From the NCBI GenBank assembly GCA_963769425.1, contig CAVYLP010000006.1, forward strand, positions 288,001 to 352,000: a DNA stretch of 64,000 nucleotides, written 5' to 3'. This stretch comes from Candidatus Bathyarchaeota archaeon. GTDB taxonomy: Archaea > Thermoproteota > Bathyarchaeia > TCS64. A program made the translations under genes and the position numbers. This document shows positions 21,036 through 30,950 of this stretch, one piece after another; the first letter of the stretch is position 1; every line of letters begins with the position of its first letter. The notes beneath the pieces were generated by a model that was not told the origin of the DNA, searched no databases, and saw only the letters and a list, made by a program, of their open reading frames with translations.

Positions 21036-21658
21036 GGCTCCGTCTCCACTAGCTTGGCTATGCCCTTCCTTATTAGGTTATCCGCGTTCTGGGTCGGGAG
21101 GCTGGCGACGTCCTCGGCCTTGAATGGGCCGTATGTTTTCATGTCTGTGCCCATTATTGCGGGTAGGGGTTGGGTGAATCGGACGACTTTGAGGGTTTGT
21201 TCGCCCTTCTCGTTGCGGGGGGGCTGCGGCGGGGACTGGGGACGAGGTGTTTGGGGCGGCGGGATCGATATTGGGGCCTCTGCGCTTGGTTCCCGACCCA
21301 TGAGTATCTGCTTCATCCCCTGAGTGTGTGCTGCGAGGAGGCGGCGGAGCTCGACCTGTAGCCGCTTTTCCTCAGCGGTGAGGTTGAGGGGCTCAACGGG
21401 GGCGCCGTTTAGCTCCGCTGTCACTAGCTTCTTCAGACGCAGCCTGTTGAGGTCTTGAAGCATCCTATCGACGTGATCCCGCTCCTTCTCGATGAGCCTG
21501 CCCTTGACAGAGGTCTTCTCTTCTGTCCGTTCCTGCTCCCTAAGCTTGGAGGCGTAGCCCGCCATGCTCGTGTAGAAGCCCTCATGGAGGGGCTGTATCT
21601 CCGGTCTCTGCCTCTCCCGCCTCCAAGAGTCGAAGAGCGTCCTGTATTCGTCGGTCAT
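21032..21658 (-). CDS. GINS complex subunit (Gins51/Gins15)
   Basis: Helical A-domain (RLKKLV..LTAEE), Pro-rich linker and B-domain G.DMKTYGPF..EDVASLP..NA..LI; lies between priS and rpl44e. Confidence 0.88.
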   Translation of the reverse strand: MTDEYRTLFDSWRRERQRPEIQPLHEGFYTSMAGYASKLREQERTEEKTSVKGRLIEKERDHVDRMLQDLNRLRLKKLVTAELNGAPVEPLNLTAEEKRLQVELRRLLAAHTQGMKQILMGREPSAEAPISIPPPQTPRPQSPPQPPRNEKGEQTLKVVRFTQPLPAIMGTDMKTYGPFKAEDVASLPTQNADNLIRKGIAKLVETEP

Positions 21659-22914
21659 TTATCTATCCTGGCCCCCTTCTTGCACAGCAGGAATATCGCG
21701 GTAGCGAGTGGGACTGTGACTGATTCCTGCGTGTATGGTCCGTACTCAGCGTCCCCGATCCTCACCTTCGGCGCGTGTCTGACATATACCTTCGCCTCAC
21801 CAGTGCGGAAGGCTATGGCGCTGGTGAGAGGGTCGTAGTCGGGGAGGGAATCGAGCTTTATCGTCTGGACCTGCCAACCCGTCTTCCCGTGGAGGGTGTT
21901 CGGGAGGCGGATGAGGCGGTGTATGTCGGTGGTTACGACGGTGTCTATGTCCGCTGCTTGCTCCTTGACTGCTATTTCCATGATCTTCTCGATGTCCGCC
22001 ATGAGGCGGTCCTCATCCCCGACGCCCACCGCCTTGAGGAGTAGGCTTGGGTGGCTCTCCTCGAGGATGGCGAGGGCCTTGTCGCGGTCGTTGACTAGGA
22101 GGCTCGTTATCTTACGCCCGAGCTTCATAGCCTTGATCTCCTCGGGGGGCGTCGAGGCGATGAAGTCGTAGACGGCCCTCCCCGCCCTGCCCCTCCACCC
22201 CTCGTCAGCGAGTGTGGGCCTCCCACCCTTCGAGCGGGGGTTGAAGCCTAGATACTCCGACTTTATTCCTGTGCCGAGGATGTAGTCGACCACCTCACGC
22301 CGCCCCGACTGGTCTAGGTTCCGTATCCTCTGGTTTCGGACGTGTACATGGTAGCCGCGGTTGCCAGAGAAGTTTACAACGAGGTCGTTGGCGGGGCTGA
22401 AGCCTAGGTCCTGTATGAGTATGTCGAGTAGCTTCTGGGTCTCGTACTTCGCCGCTTGCAGGCACCGCTCGCAGAGCCACGTCTCCTCCTCGAAGGCTGC
22501 CTTCCCGCACTTGCATATCTCCGGGGGTTTCCCAGTGCCCTCCTCGCCGCAGCTCTTGCACTTCCACTTGTCGTGCTCATGCTGGCAGGGGAGGTCGAAG
22601 TGGTCCGCATCTATGTCGAAGACGAGGTCTGCGCCGCTCCACCCCTTCCCCGCCATGTCCGCCTCTGGGCGCGTATAGTAGCAGGAGCTATGGTAGCTGT
22701 GGGCTGGGCTGTTCTCGGAGAGGTATCTTCGGAAGGTGCCCTCGTCGGGGAAGCCTATGTGGCGATACATGGTTTTCCCGCCGAACTGGAGGAAGGCGAA
22801 CTCCCTCATCTTGATCTCTGTGGGGGCGGGTATCGTCCTCGCGTTTGTCATGTACCACCTATGGAACTGTTCGGCGACGAACCCGGGGCTGCCCCAGTCG
22901 GACTCCATAGGCAA
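21655..22914 (-). CDS. priS: DNA primase small (catalytic) subunit
   Basis: REFAF, DLVFDIDAD, FSGNRGYHVH and ID..VT.DIHRLIRLP.TLHGKTG motifs. Confidence 0.95.
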   Translation of the reverse strand: MPMESDWGSPGFVAEQFHRWYMTNARTIPAPTEIKMREFAFLQFGGKTMYRHIGFPDEGTFRRYLSENSPAHSYHSSCYYTRPEADMAGKGWSGADLVFDIDADHFDLPCQHEHDKWKCKSCGEEGTGKPPEICKCGKAAFEEETWLCERCLQAAKYETQKLLDILIQDLGFSPANDLVVNFSGNRGYHVHVRNQRIRNLDQSGRREVVDYILGTGIKSEYLGFNPRSKGGRPTLADEGWRGRAGRAVYDFIASTPPEEIKAMKLGRKITSLLVNDRDKALAILEESHPSLLLKAVGVGDEDRLMADIEKIMEIAVKEQAADIDTVVTTDIHRLIRLPNTLHGKTGWQVQTIKLDSLPDYDPLTSAIAFRTGEAKVYVRHAPKVRIGDAEYGPYTQESVTVPLATAIFLLCKKGARIDK

Positions 22915-22964
22915 TCAGTTAGAAGTATTGTTCGTATTTTAAAACTGGTTTGGCTGGGAACCGG

Positions 22965-23090
22965 CTACTTCTTAAGGCCGTTGTGCGGGCACTTGCCGCA
23001 GAACTTTGGGTTAAACCTGACGAGGTTATTGTACTGGGTGCAGAAGTGGAGGCCCGTGTTTCTTACCTTGTCTTCTGGCGAATCTGCCAA
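22965..23090 (-). CDS. Putative 41-aa Cys/His-rich protein between priL and priS
   Basis: TTG start 9 nt after the priL stop, with AAGGA upstream. Translation: MADSPEDKVRNTGLHFCTQYNNLVRFNPKFCGKCPHNGLKK. Confidence 0.55.
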   Translation of the reverse strand: MADSPEDKVRNTGLHFCTQYNNLVRFNPKFCGKCPHNGLKK

Positions 23091-23099
23091 ATCGGTCCT

Positions 23100-24179
23100 T
23101 TATTGGCTCGGCGTCGGTGTATTTGAGGATTGAGGCTGCGGCGGGGGTTTCTGGTAGGCTAGCCGCCTCGCCTTTATACGGTAGTAGCTGAGTGGGTGCT
23201 TGATCCGCTCGCAGATGTCGTCCTTGTTCCGGCAGATGCCGTGTGTCCGGAGCGTGTCGCAGAGCGGAGGCGTGTACTTCGTGCGATTCCCCCGTACTCC
23301 GGCTATGTGCTCAACCTGGTACTGGGTCATGGCGGGGTCGAAGTCGCTCACACTAGTGTAGAGGTCCACGAGACTATCCAAAGGCATGCCGACAGTGACT
23401 AGAAAGCTGGTAAGGGCGAAGCGCTCCATGTGGCTGGCCCTCCTGCCCGCGAGTAGTCCCTCCATACAGTAGCGGATGCATGGCGGGAATGCCTCGTTTA
23501 TGACCTCGGAGGGCAAGTCCTCGCCGCCTAGTCTCTTACGGTTCTCCTCGAAGACCTTGGAGACGCGGTCTAGGCGTAGCTGGAGTGGCTCCGGGAGTGT
23601 GATCTTGATGGGTTTAGAAACCTGATCTTTGATGAGGGTCTCGACCTCGCCCTGAATCAGTCGGGCAACCTCGCGCTGCGTGAGTTGGACGTACCCGCTC
23701 TTCACTATCCGGTTTACTAGCTTCCACTTGTCCTCGTGGAATGAGGAGGAGGATCGCAGGTAGTCGTAGAAGTAGAGGCGGAAGTCGTAGAGGACACCGT
23801 CGTAGGTCTCGCCCGAGTCTCTTAGGTCCCAGTCGAAGTCGTCTCTCGCCATCTGGGCGAGTTTGTCGCGGTCCTCCTCTTGAAGTAGGAAGTAGACTCT
23901 AACTGCCTCGGCGAGGGCGTAGCGCCTGCCTAGGAACGGCTCCCCCTTGACCGATGTGAACATAACGGCGATGGGGAAGCTGAGGAGCTCGGTCATGTAG
24001 TCGTCGAGGCGGTCGTCGACGGCGCCGTCCTCGATCGCTTGAACTACCCGCTCCGCGGCCCTGTCGAGGACCTTGGCGTATTGTGGGTCGGCGAGGTCGT
24101 CTAGCTGGAGGTTCAGGGCGTCCACTAGCTTCGCCGCCTCCTTTAGGAACGGATACTTGGCCGCCTCCCTCTCCAGCAT
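23100..24179 (-). CDS. priL: DNA primase large subunit
   Basis: AKYPFL, WKLVNR, FPPCI, H.ERF, DFD...T.YQVEHI.G, Y.PP.C and HPL.YY motifs (Fe-S domain). Confidence 0.95.
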   Translation of the reverse strand: MLEREAAKYPFLKEAAKLVDALNLQLDDLADPQYAKVLDRAAERVVQAIEDGAVDDRLDDYMTELLSFPIAVMFTSVKGEPFLGRRYALAEAVRVYFLLQEEDRDKLAQMARDDFDWDLRDSGETYDGVLYDFRLYFYDYLRSSSSFHEDKWKLVNRIVKSGYVQLTQREVARLIQGEVETLIKDQVSKPIKITLPEPLQLRLDRVSKVFEENRKRLGGEDLPSEVINEAFPPCIRYCMEGLLAGRRASHMERFALTSFLVTVGMPLDSLVDLYTSVSDFDPAMTQYQVEHIAGVRGNRTKYTPPLCDTLRTHGICRNKDDICERIKHPLSYYRIKARRLAYQKPPPQPQSSNTPTPSQ

Positions 24180-24287
24180 GTCCTTCAGCCCAAATGGGGG
24201 GCCGGCTGAAAAAAGGCTTCCCACCCCGCTCTGAGTTAGGTTTATTACAGGTGCGCGGACTAAACCAAGGTCTAAGATGTTTCAGGT

Positions 24288-24664
24288 TTGAAGGAGATCA
24301 TCAGGCTCGACTATCCACCGGATGCACACTACAACCCAGCCGTCAGGGCTGGCGACTTCATATTCACTTGCGGCCACATCGGGCTGGAGGATGAGTCGGG
24401 CAAGGAGCTAGCCACAATCGAGAAACAGACCAAGGTGACTATGGAGGACCTTAGGAAAACCCTCAAAGCTGCGGGAGCCTCGATGGATGATATAGTCATG
24501 GCGACCGTTTACATAACCACCCCTGACGACTATGGGAAGATGAACGAGGTCTACATTATCTTCTTCAAGGGTCCCGCGCCGGCTAGATCGACATCGTGAC
24601 GAAGCTGGTGATAGATGAGATTCTGGTGGAAATAGAGGCTGTGGCATACAAGCCACTGGTCTGA
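24288..24664 (+). CDS. ridA: RidA/YjgF family protein (apparent 1-nt deletion near 24593)
   Basis: YNPAV.AGDFIF.CG.I, MNEVY and PARST motifs. The C-terminus VTKL..LVEIEAVAY continues in another frame to TGA 24664. Confidence 0.85.
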
Positions 24665-24665
24665 G

Positions 24666-25820
24666 TCACTTCAGGTTCTTATCCGTGAAGTGCTCGAGGC
24701 GGCGCAGCCCCTCGGGGACCCAGGTCCGCCCGTAGCTTATGCGGAAGTTGTTCCCAGGGTAGTTGAACACCATCCCGGGCCAGACCATGACGTGCTCCTG
24801 CTTGGCATACTCCTCTGTGAACTTCTCGACGTTCATCCCGATTAGCTCGGGGAACCCGACTGTGGCCCCCTTGGGGCGGACCCATTTGAAGTGGTCTGAG
24901 TAGTCCTCGAAGAACTCGTCGAGGAGGGGAAGGTTGTCGTCGATTATCCTGTGGCTCCGGGCGAGGATCTTGTCCCTGGCGCGGAGAGCGATGGTCGCGA
25001 GTAGCTCGCTTGGCGCCGGCTTACAGGGGGTGGCGAGGCCGTTTAGGTCTTCGAGTTTCTGGAGCATCTTAGGCTCCTTGATTGTGATCCACCCTATCCT
25101 GAGGCCTGATAGGGCGTAGGCCTTGGACATGACACCGAAGCTTACAGCGGATTCATCCGCTTCAACTGCGGGTGGAAGACGATACTCAGGCTTGTGTTCA
25201 AGGAGGTGGTAGACCTCGTCCCCGACGAATGTGACACTCTTCTCGTGGCAGAGGTCGATAAGGGCTTCATATGTTGACTTGTCTATGGTCGCACCTGTTG
25301 GGTTGTGGGGGAAGTTTGTGACGAGAAACCTCGTGTTGGAGCGGAATGCCCTGCGCACCTTATCCACGTCGACGCGCCAGCTATCTGGTTCGAGTGGTAC
25401 GAGGGAAACTTCCGCCCCGGCTAGGCTCGCGAGTTGATATAGCGCTTCGTAGGCGGGCCATAGGACGACTACATGGTCACCCGGCTTAAGCATAGCAGTG
25501 AAGAAGACCCAGATCGCCTCATCCGCTCCGGCGAAGATGACGACTTGACCTGGATCGACATCCCTGTAGAGCTTGGATACCTCGGTTCGGAGCTTGATGC
25601 CACCGGGTGTCTCAGTGTACTTTAGAGTCAGATTATTCCAGTCGCTTCTCAGCTCGTCGTCGGCTAGGGCGAGTAACTCGCTCATCTTCATAGGCTGGAC
25701 ATCAGACTCGTGCATCGTCATGTCGGTGTGTCTCTTCCACTCGGCCATCTGCTCCTCGAGCCAGAGTCTGTGTTCGAGGCGTTCCCTGCCCTTTCCCCCG
25801 CTTGGCTTGATTGACATCAT
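24666..25820 (-). CDS. PLP-dependent aminotransferase class I/II
   Basis: NFPHNPTG, DEVY and MSKAYALSGLRIGW (PLP lysine) motifs. Start uncertain. Confidence 0.9.
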   Translation of the reverse strand: MMSIKPSGGKGRERLEHRLWLEEQMAEWKRHTDMTMHESDVQPMKMSELLALADDELRSDWNNLTLKYTETPGGIKLRTEVSKLYRDVDPGQVVIFAGADEAIWVFFTAMLKPGDHVVVLWPAYEALYQLASLAGAEVSLVPLEPDSWRVDVDKVRRAFRSNTRFLVTNFPHNPTGATIDKSTYEALIDLCHEKSVTFVGDEVYHLLEHKPEYRLPPAVEADESAVSFGVMSKAYALSGLRIGWITIKEPKMLQKLEDLNGLATPCKPAPSELLATIALRARDKILARSHRIIDDNLPLLDEFFEDYSDHFKWVRPKGATVGFPELIGMNVEKFTEEYAKQEHVMVWPGMVFNYPGNNFRISYGRTWVPEGLRRLEHFTDKNLK

Positions 25821-25882
25821 TTCATTGCCTCTAGCTTGCATCCTGTTTGTGAGTGCGAACTTGTAAGTTTTGAGTATTTAAC

Positions 25883-26210
25883 GCAACAACCACCTTATAC
25901 AGTGAAGAAGTTCTGTAACGGCCACCACTTACATACGCAACTGCTACTGTTACAAGCGCAACAGCCACCGCATACAAGGGACAGCTCCGCAACAGCCGCC
26001 ACTTATAAGGAAGACAGAAATAGACAGAATAAGACAGGAATAGACGGAAATAGACAAATATATACTAAAAAAGACAGATAAAGACAGGCGTCTAAGCGTT
26101 TTTATTGACCTGAATCGGTAAAGGGGCTTGGAAACGGCTCGGATGGGTAAGTTTTTGTGAGGAAAAACGGTATAAGTTGCAGTCGTTGCGGTATAAGTAG
26201 CCACTGTTGC
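25883..26210. repeat. Composite repeat locus A: phased GCAAC-N-(C)TTA(T/C)A motifs in opposing orientations around a 10-bp tandem repeat
   Basis: Five forward copies at 25883, 25915, 25937, 25958 and 25989. Eight 10-mers of the (A/T)AGACAGAAA type at 26011-26090. Two inverted copies at 26170 and 26191. Confidence 0.8.
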
Positions 26211-26347
26211 GCGGAGGATGTGGATGAACTCAGATGGTTTTTCGGTGTTCTTTCCATCCCATTAAACTGTATTATGACTAAACTGATCTACAACTCTTTC
26301 TTAATAGTCCAAAATGCATATAAAATAAAGAAAAACTTGAAATTTGA

Positions 26348-26779
26348 CTAGTTTACGACGACGTTCTCAAGGCTGAAGTAACGCTTCGCGAGGAACCTGA
26401 TCTTCTTAATGTTCTCGCCGTTCTTACCAATGGCAATCCCCTTATCGTGAGGGTCTACAGTCACCATCGCGATCTTGTGCCCGTCCATCCGGTCCACGAG
26501 GCGAATATCCTTCACCTGCGCCGGCTTCAACGCGTTCCGGAGGAACTTGTCCGGGTCATCTATGTACTCGAAGATCTCGACCTGTTTGTTCGTCATGGCG
26601 CGGAACCGCTTGATCTTCTCCCCGCCCTTCCCAACTGCGAGGCCGACCTCCCCCTTCTTGACGGTGAAGATTAGGCTATCCTCCTCAATAATGCAGTCTA
26701 CCACAGTCGCCCCCGTCATGTTTTGGAGCAGCTGGATGAATTTCATCTCATTCTCCGTTATCTTGACGTTGCTTAGCAT
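26348..26779 (-). CDS. nusA: Transcription elongation factor NusA-like protein
   Basis: Two KH domains (GLAVGKGG, GIAIGKNG); follows rpl30e. Confidence 0.95.
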   Translation of the reverse strand: MLSNVKITENEMKFIQLLQNMTGATVVDCIIEEDSLIFTVKKGEVGLAVGKGGEKIKRFRAMTNKQVEIFEYIDDPDKFLRNALKPAQVKDIRLVDRMDGHKIAMVTVDPHDKGIAIGKNGENIKKIRFLAKRYFSLENVVVN

Positions 26780-26780
26780 C

Positions 26781-27083
26781 TTACTTCTTCACCAATTCGA
26801 GGATCTTGGAGTCGCCAGGCTCAAGGATCACCATGGCGCTGACCGGGAAAGGCTTTCCACAAAGCGTGCCCAGGTCAACGCTGTCCTTCGCGTGCTCCAT
26901 CAAGGGGATCTCGGAGAGTTTCCCATAGTTTTTAATCGTCTCCATCGCCTCGCGGGGGCAGTTACTGCTGACTATCGCCAGCTTCGCTCTTCCTCTGCGC
27001 AGCTCCCTCACCGCGGCCTTGGATCCGAGTTGGACCTTGCCGGTGGAGAGTGCGAGTCTCAGCTCCTGATCTACGCTACTCAT
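26781..27083 (-). CDS. rpl30e: 50S ribosomal protein L30e
   Basis: TGKVQLG..AKL.I.SSNCP..LGTLCGKPF.VS....PGDSKIL. Confidence 0.96.
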   Translation of the reverse strand: MSSVDQELRLALSTGKVQLGSKAAVRELRRGRAKLAIVSSNCPREAMETIKNYGKLSEIPLMEHAKDSVDLGTLCGKPFPVSAMVILEPGDSKILELVKK

Positions 27084-30000
27084 CGCGTTTTCCACCCATT
27101 GTCATGAACAGCTCGACGCTGCCCGTACCGAGCGGCATCGACTGTCCGACGATGATGTTCTCGATGACACCTTTAAGCGGATCGGTTTCACCGCGGAGCG
27201 CCGCTGAGACGAGGTGCTGGATCGTCAACTCGAAGGCAGCCCTAGCTAGGACGCTGCTCTTCTCGCCGCTGATGCCGTGGCGCCCGATCTGCTGCACCTC
27301 ACCCATCTTCGTCATTATATCAGCTACCAGCATCACGTGCCTGACGTCGACGTCTAGGCCCTGCTCCTCGAGAACGTTGTGGGCTTCCTTGATGAGGGCG
27401 TTGCGAGCCGCCTCGATGCCGAATATCTCGGCGATCTCATGTATGTTGTTCGTCGTGGTCCTCATCGCATCGACGCCGTCGATCTTTATTACCTCCTCGA
27501 GGTTGCTGCCGTCGGTTCTGATGATCCACTCCCCCTCCTCCTGGAGGGTTAGGACACGCTTGATCTCGGGTATGCCCCTGATCTTCGCCTGCCCTACGGT
27601 CTGCGTTAGGACCTCAGGGTTACCGGATTTTTCCTCGTCGAGGCTGACGGTGTAGATGTGGTCCGACTCCTTCTCGAACTTCGTCGGGAATGCGCCCTCG
27701 ATCTCCTTCTCAGTGACGCTTAGCGACTCCATTCTGGCGGGGTCAATCTCGATCCTGACCAAGTTTGCATTGAAGTCTACGTTGACTCCGCTGACGACGT
27801 CGTCTAGGGTCGTGTATGTGAGTTTCTGGGCGACCTCGCGGGCGAGCTTCTCACTCTTCTTGTGCTTGTTATCGAGGTGGATCTCCATGACCGGGGTCGA
27901 TGGGGTCCTCCTCGCGTCAACGATCTCGATGAGACGCGGCAGGCCGAGGGTTACGTTCTGCTCAGCGACACCTGCGTAGTGGAAGGTACGTAGCGTCATT
28001 TGCGTGCCGGGCTCGCCTATGCTCTGCGCGGCGAGTATGCCTACTGCTTCTCCAGGCTCGACGAGGCTGTAGTCGTAGTTCTTCATCGCCGACTCGACCA
28101 GATGGTCAACACCCGCCTTCGGTAGACCCGAGACCTTGAGCAGCGTCTTCAGCTCGTTCATGAGGCTGAGGGGCAGCACGGTCATCTCTTCTACCTTCTT
28201 GTCGATGTAGTCCTCGGATGCAGCCGTGCCCTTCTTCTCGCTGAGCTTGGCGCGGTCGATGAGCTGAACGACGTTTACAGCCTTGCCGTGGTCGCTCTTG
28301 CTCGGGTCGATGCCGTCCTCGCCGTACTGGAACTGGATGATGTCGCCGATGCTGTTGCGGACCGTGCCGTCGTACTCGACGCGTAGGTGCTCGAGAGCGT
28401 TGATGAGCCTGCGCTGCATGTAGCCGCTCTGCTGTGTGCGTACAGCCGTGTCGACTAGGCCCTCGCGGCCACCCATGCTGTGGAAGAAGTACTCGAGCGG
28501 CGTGAGGCCGTCGCGGTAGCAGTTGTAGACGAAGCCCCTCGCCTGAGGAGTTGGGTCGCCGTCCTTGAAGTGGGGTAGGGTACGGTTCTCGTAGCCCCTC
28601 ATGATGCGTTTACCACGGATGGACTGCTGTCCGACGCTGCCCATCATCTGGCCGATGTTGAGGCTGCTTCCGCGGGCTCCGGTCCGGGTCATTATGATGC
28701 CTGAGTTACCCAGTCCGAGCCCCTGCTCGACTGTTTCACCCGCCTTGTCACGGGCCTGAGCAAGCTCATTCATGACCTTGATCTCGAAGGTCTCCGACAT
28801 CGTTTGGCCGGGGAGGCGCTCAAGCGTGCCTGTCTCGGCCTGATCTATGAGGTTCTCGACGCTCTTCTCCATCCGCCTCATGACCGAGTTGATTGTGTTG
28901 CGCTCCTTTTCCGCGATGTTTAGCTCGTCTATGCTGTAGCTGAAGCCGCGTATGGTGAGGAAGCCGTTAATTAGGCGAGTGATGCCGTTGAGGAAGTCGT
29001 GTCCGACGTCCGTGCCATAGTCCTTGATGATGCGGTGGAAGATGGTCTCCGCTCTCTCGGCTCCGATGCTGTTCTTGTCGATGACCCCGCTAAGGAGTTC
29101 ACCGTGCTGAATCATGACGTATGAATCATACTGGCAGGCCTCCTTGTCACAGGTCGGGCAGTGGCGGCAGACGTTGGCTCGACTTACGAAGTTGAAGTCC
29201 TTTGGTAGGAATAGGCTGAAGATCTGCTTGCCGCTCCACTGCTTCACCGGCTTCTCGATGATGGGCGTGGGTATCTCTCCACGGTAGTTGGCGTGTGCGA
29301 GAAGCTTGCCGACCTCCTTCGCCGTGAGGAGAGTCTCCTTCCGGGTTAGGAGGTAGGCGCCGCTGATGAAGTCCTTCGTCGCCCCGATGATTGGTGCGCC
29401 GTAGCGTGGGCTGAGGATCTGGTCCTGCACCTGCATGAGGAGCCGGGCCTCGGTCTGGGCCTCCTTGCTCTGGGGGATGTGAAGGTTCATCTCGTCCCCG
29501 TCGAAGTCAGCGTTATAGGGCGGGCAGACTGCGAGATGCATCCTGAAGGTCTTGTAGGGTAGTACCCTGACCCTGTGGGCCATGATGCTCATCCTGTGCA
29601 GCGAGGGCTGCCTGTTGAAGAGGGCGATGTCGCCGTCCTTGAGGTGGCGCTCGATTATGAAGCCGGGCTCCAGGGTGTCGGCTATTCCACTCCTGTCCTG
29701 GACGAACTCTAGCCTGATCCTCTTCTGGTCGGGGCGTACGACGTAGAGTGCCCCCGGGTGCTTGTATGGGCCGTTTAGTGTGAGCCTCTTCATCTCTTCG
29801 AGGTTCCTCGGCGTGACCACGTCGGGTACGGTGAGCCTGACGGCGATCGCCACCGGGACTCCGACCTCGTTTATGTCGATGTTCGGGTCGGGGCTGATGA
29901 CCGTACGCGCACTGTAGTCTACACGCTTACCGGATAGGTTGCCCCTGAACCTGCCCTCCTTGCCCTTGAGGCGCTGAGCTAGGCTCTTGAGAGTCCTGCC

Positions 30001-30949
30001 GCTCCTGTGGCGGGCCGGCGGGATGCCGGATACCTCGTTGTTGAAGTAGGTGGTCACGTGGTACTGGAGTAGCTCGGATAGGTCCTCGATGATGAGGGTC
30101 GGTGCGCCAGCGTCGATGTTCTCGCGCAGGCGCTGGTTGATCCTGATGATGTCTACGAGTTTGTGGGTGAGGTCGTCCTCAGCCCTGATGCCTGACTCGA
30201 GGATGATGCTTGGCCTGACGTCCACTGGGGGTACGGGCAGGACCTGTAGGACCATCCACTCTGGGCGCGCGACCTCGGGCTCGAAGTCTACGAGGCGCAG
30301 GTCGTCGTCGGGTATCCTCTCGAACCACTCCCTGATCATGTTGGCGGTGAGCCTGCTCGCGGCCTCCTCGCCCTCGACGGCGATGGCTTCGCCTCCCTCT
30401 TTAACCTCCTCTTCCTCCTCGCCGGCTGCTTCCGACTCGAAGAAGGTTGTTGGCTTCGCGAACCTCACGTTCGTCTGGGGCATGCCGCAGTGCGGGCACT
30501 CCTTGCCCCGCTTGTACTTCTTCGCGACCTTCAGAATCTCGTTGATCGTGTCGTCGGTGACCTTGCCGAAGAGCTTGAGGTCCTCCTCCCTCTTCCTCGT
30601 GAAGTAGGCGATGCTCTCATTCCCCTCGTTAGGGACGAGGATGCGGCCGCAGCCGCGGCATGTGGCGGTGAGGAGTCTGATAGATCTGTTTGGCGAATTC
30701 GACGTGTATAACGGGTACCGCGAGTTCGATGTGGCCGAAGTGGCCTGGGCAGTTGAGTGCGATGTTTCCGCAGGTCTGGCAGCGCTGACGGGGCTCAAGT
30801 GTGCCCAGACGGTGGTCCATTAGACCCCCAGCGATCGGCGCGCCGTCCTCGTCGTATGTGTCACTTGTCTGTATCTCAACCGCGCTGAGCTTCCTGACCT
30901 CATCCGGGGGGAGGATGCCGAACTTTATGCTGTCGATGATCTTGCTCAT
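27076..30949 (-). CDS. rpoA: DNA-directed RNA polymerase largest subunit, A'+A'' unsplit (apparent +1 frameshift near 30679)
   Basis: N-terminal [14 protein letters not shown], catalytic [20 protein letters not shown] and C-terminal [13 protein letters not shown] occur in one gene. Confidence 0.96.
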
Positions 30950-30950
30950 T

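Noticed and set aside
22430-22600. Cys-rich insertion in PriS as a novelty
   Set aside because: Zinc-binding inserts after the DxD motif are a known feature of archaeal PriS.
25836-26351. Short ORFs over repeat locus A (81, 84 and 64 aa)
   Set aside because: These are low-complexity translations of the repeats on both strands, with atypical AT-rich codon usage.
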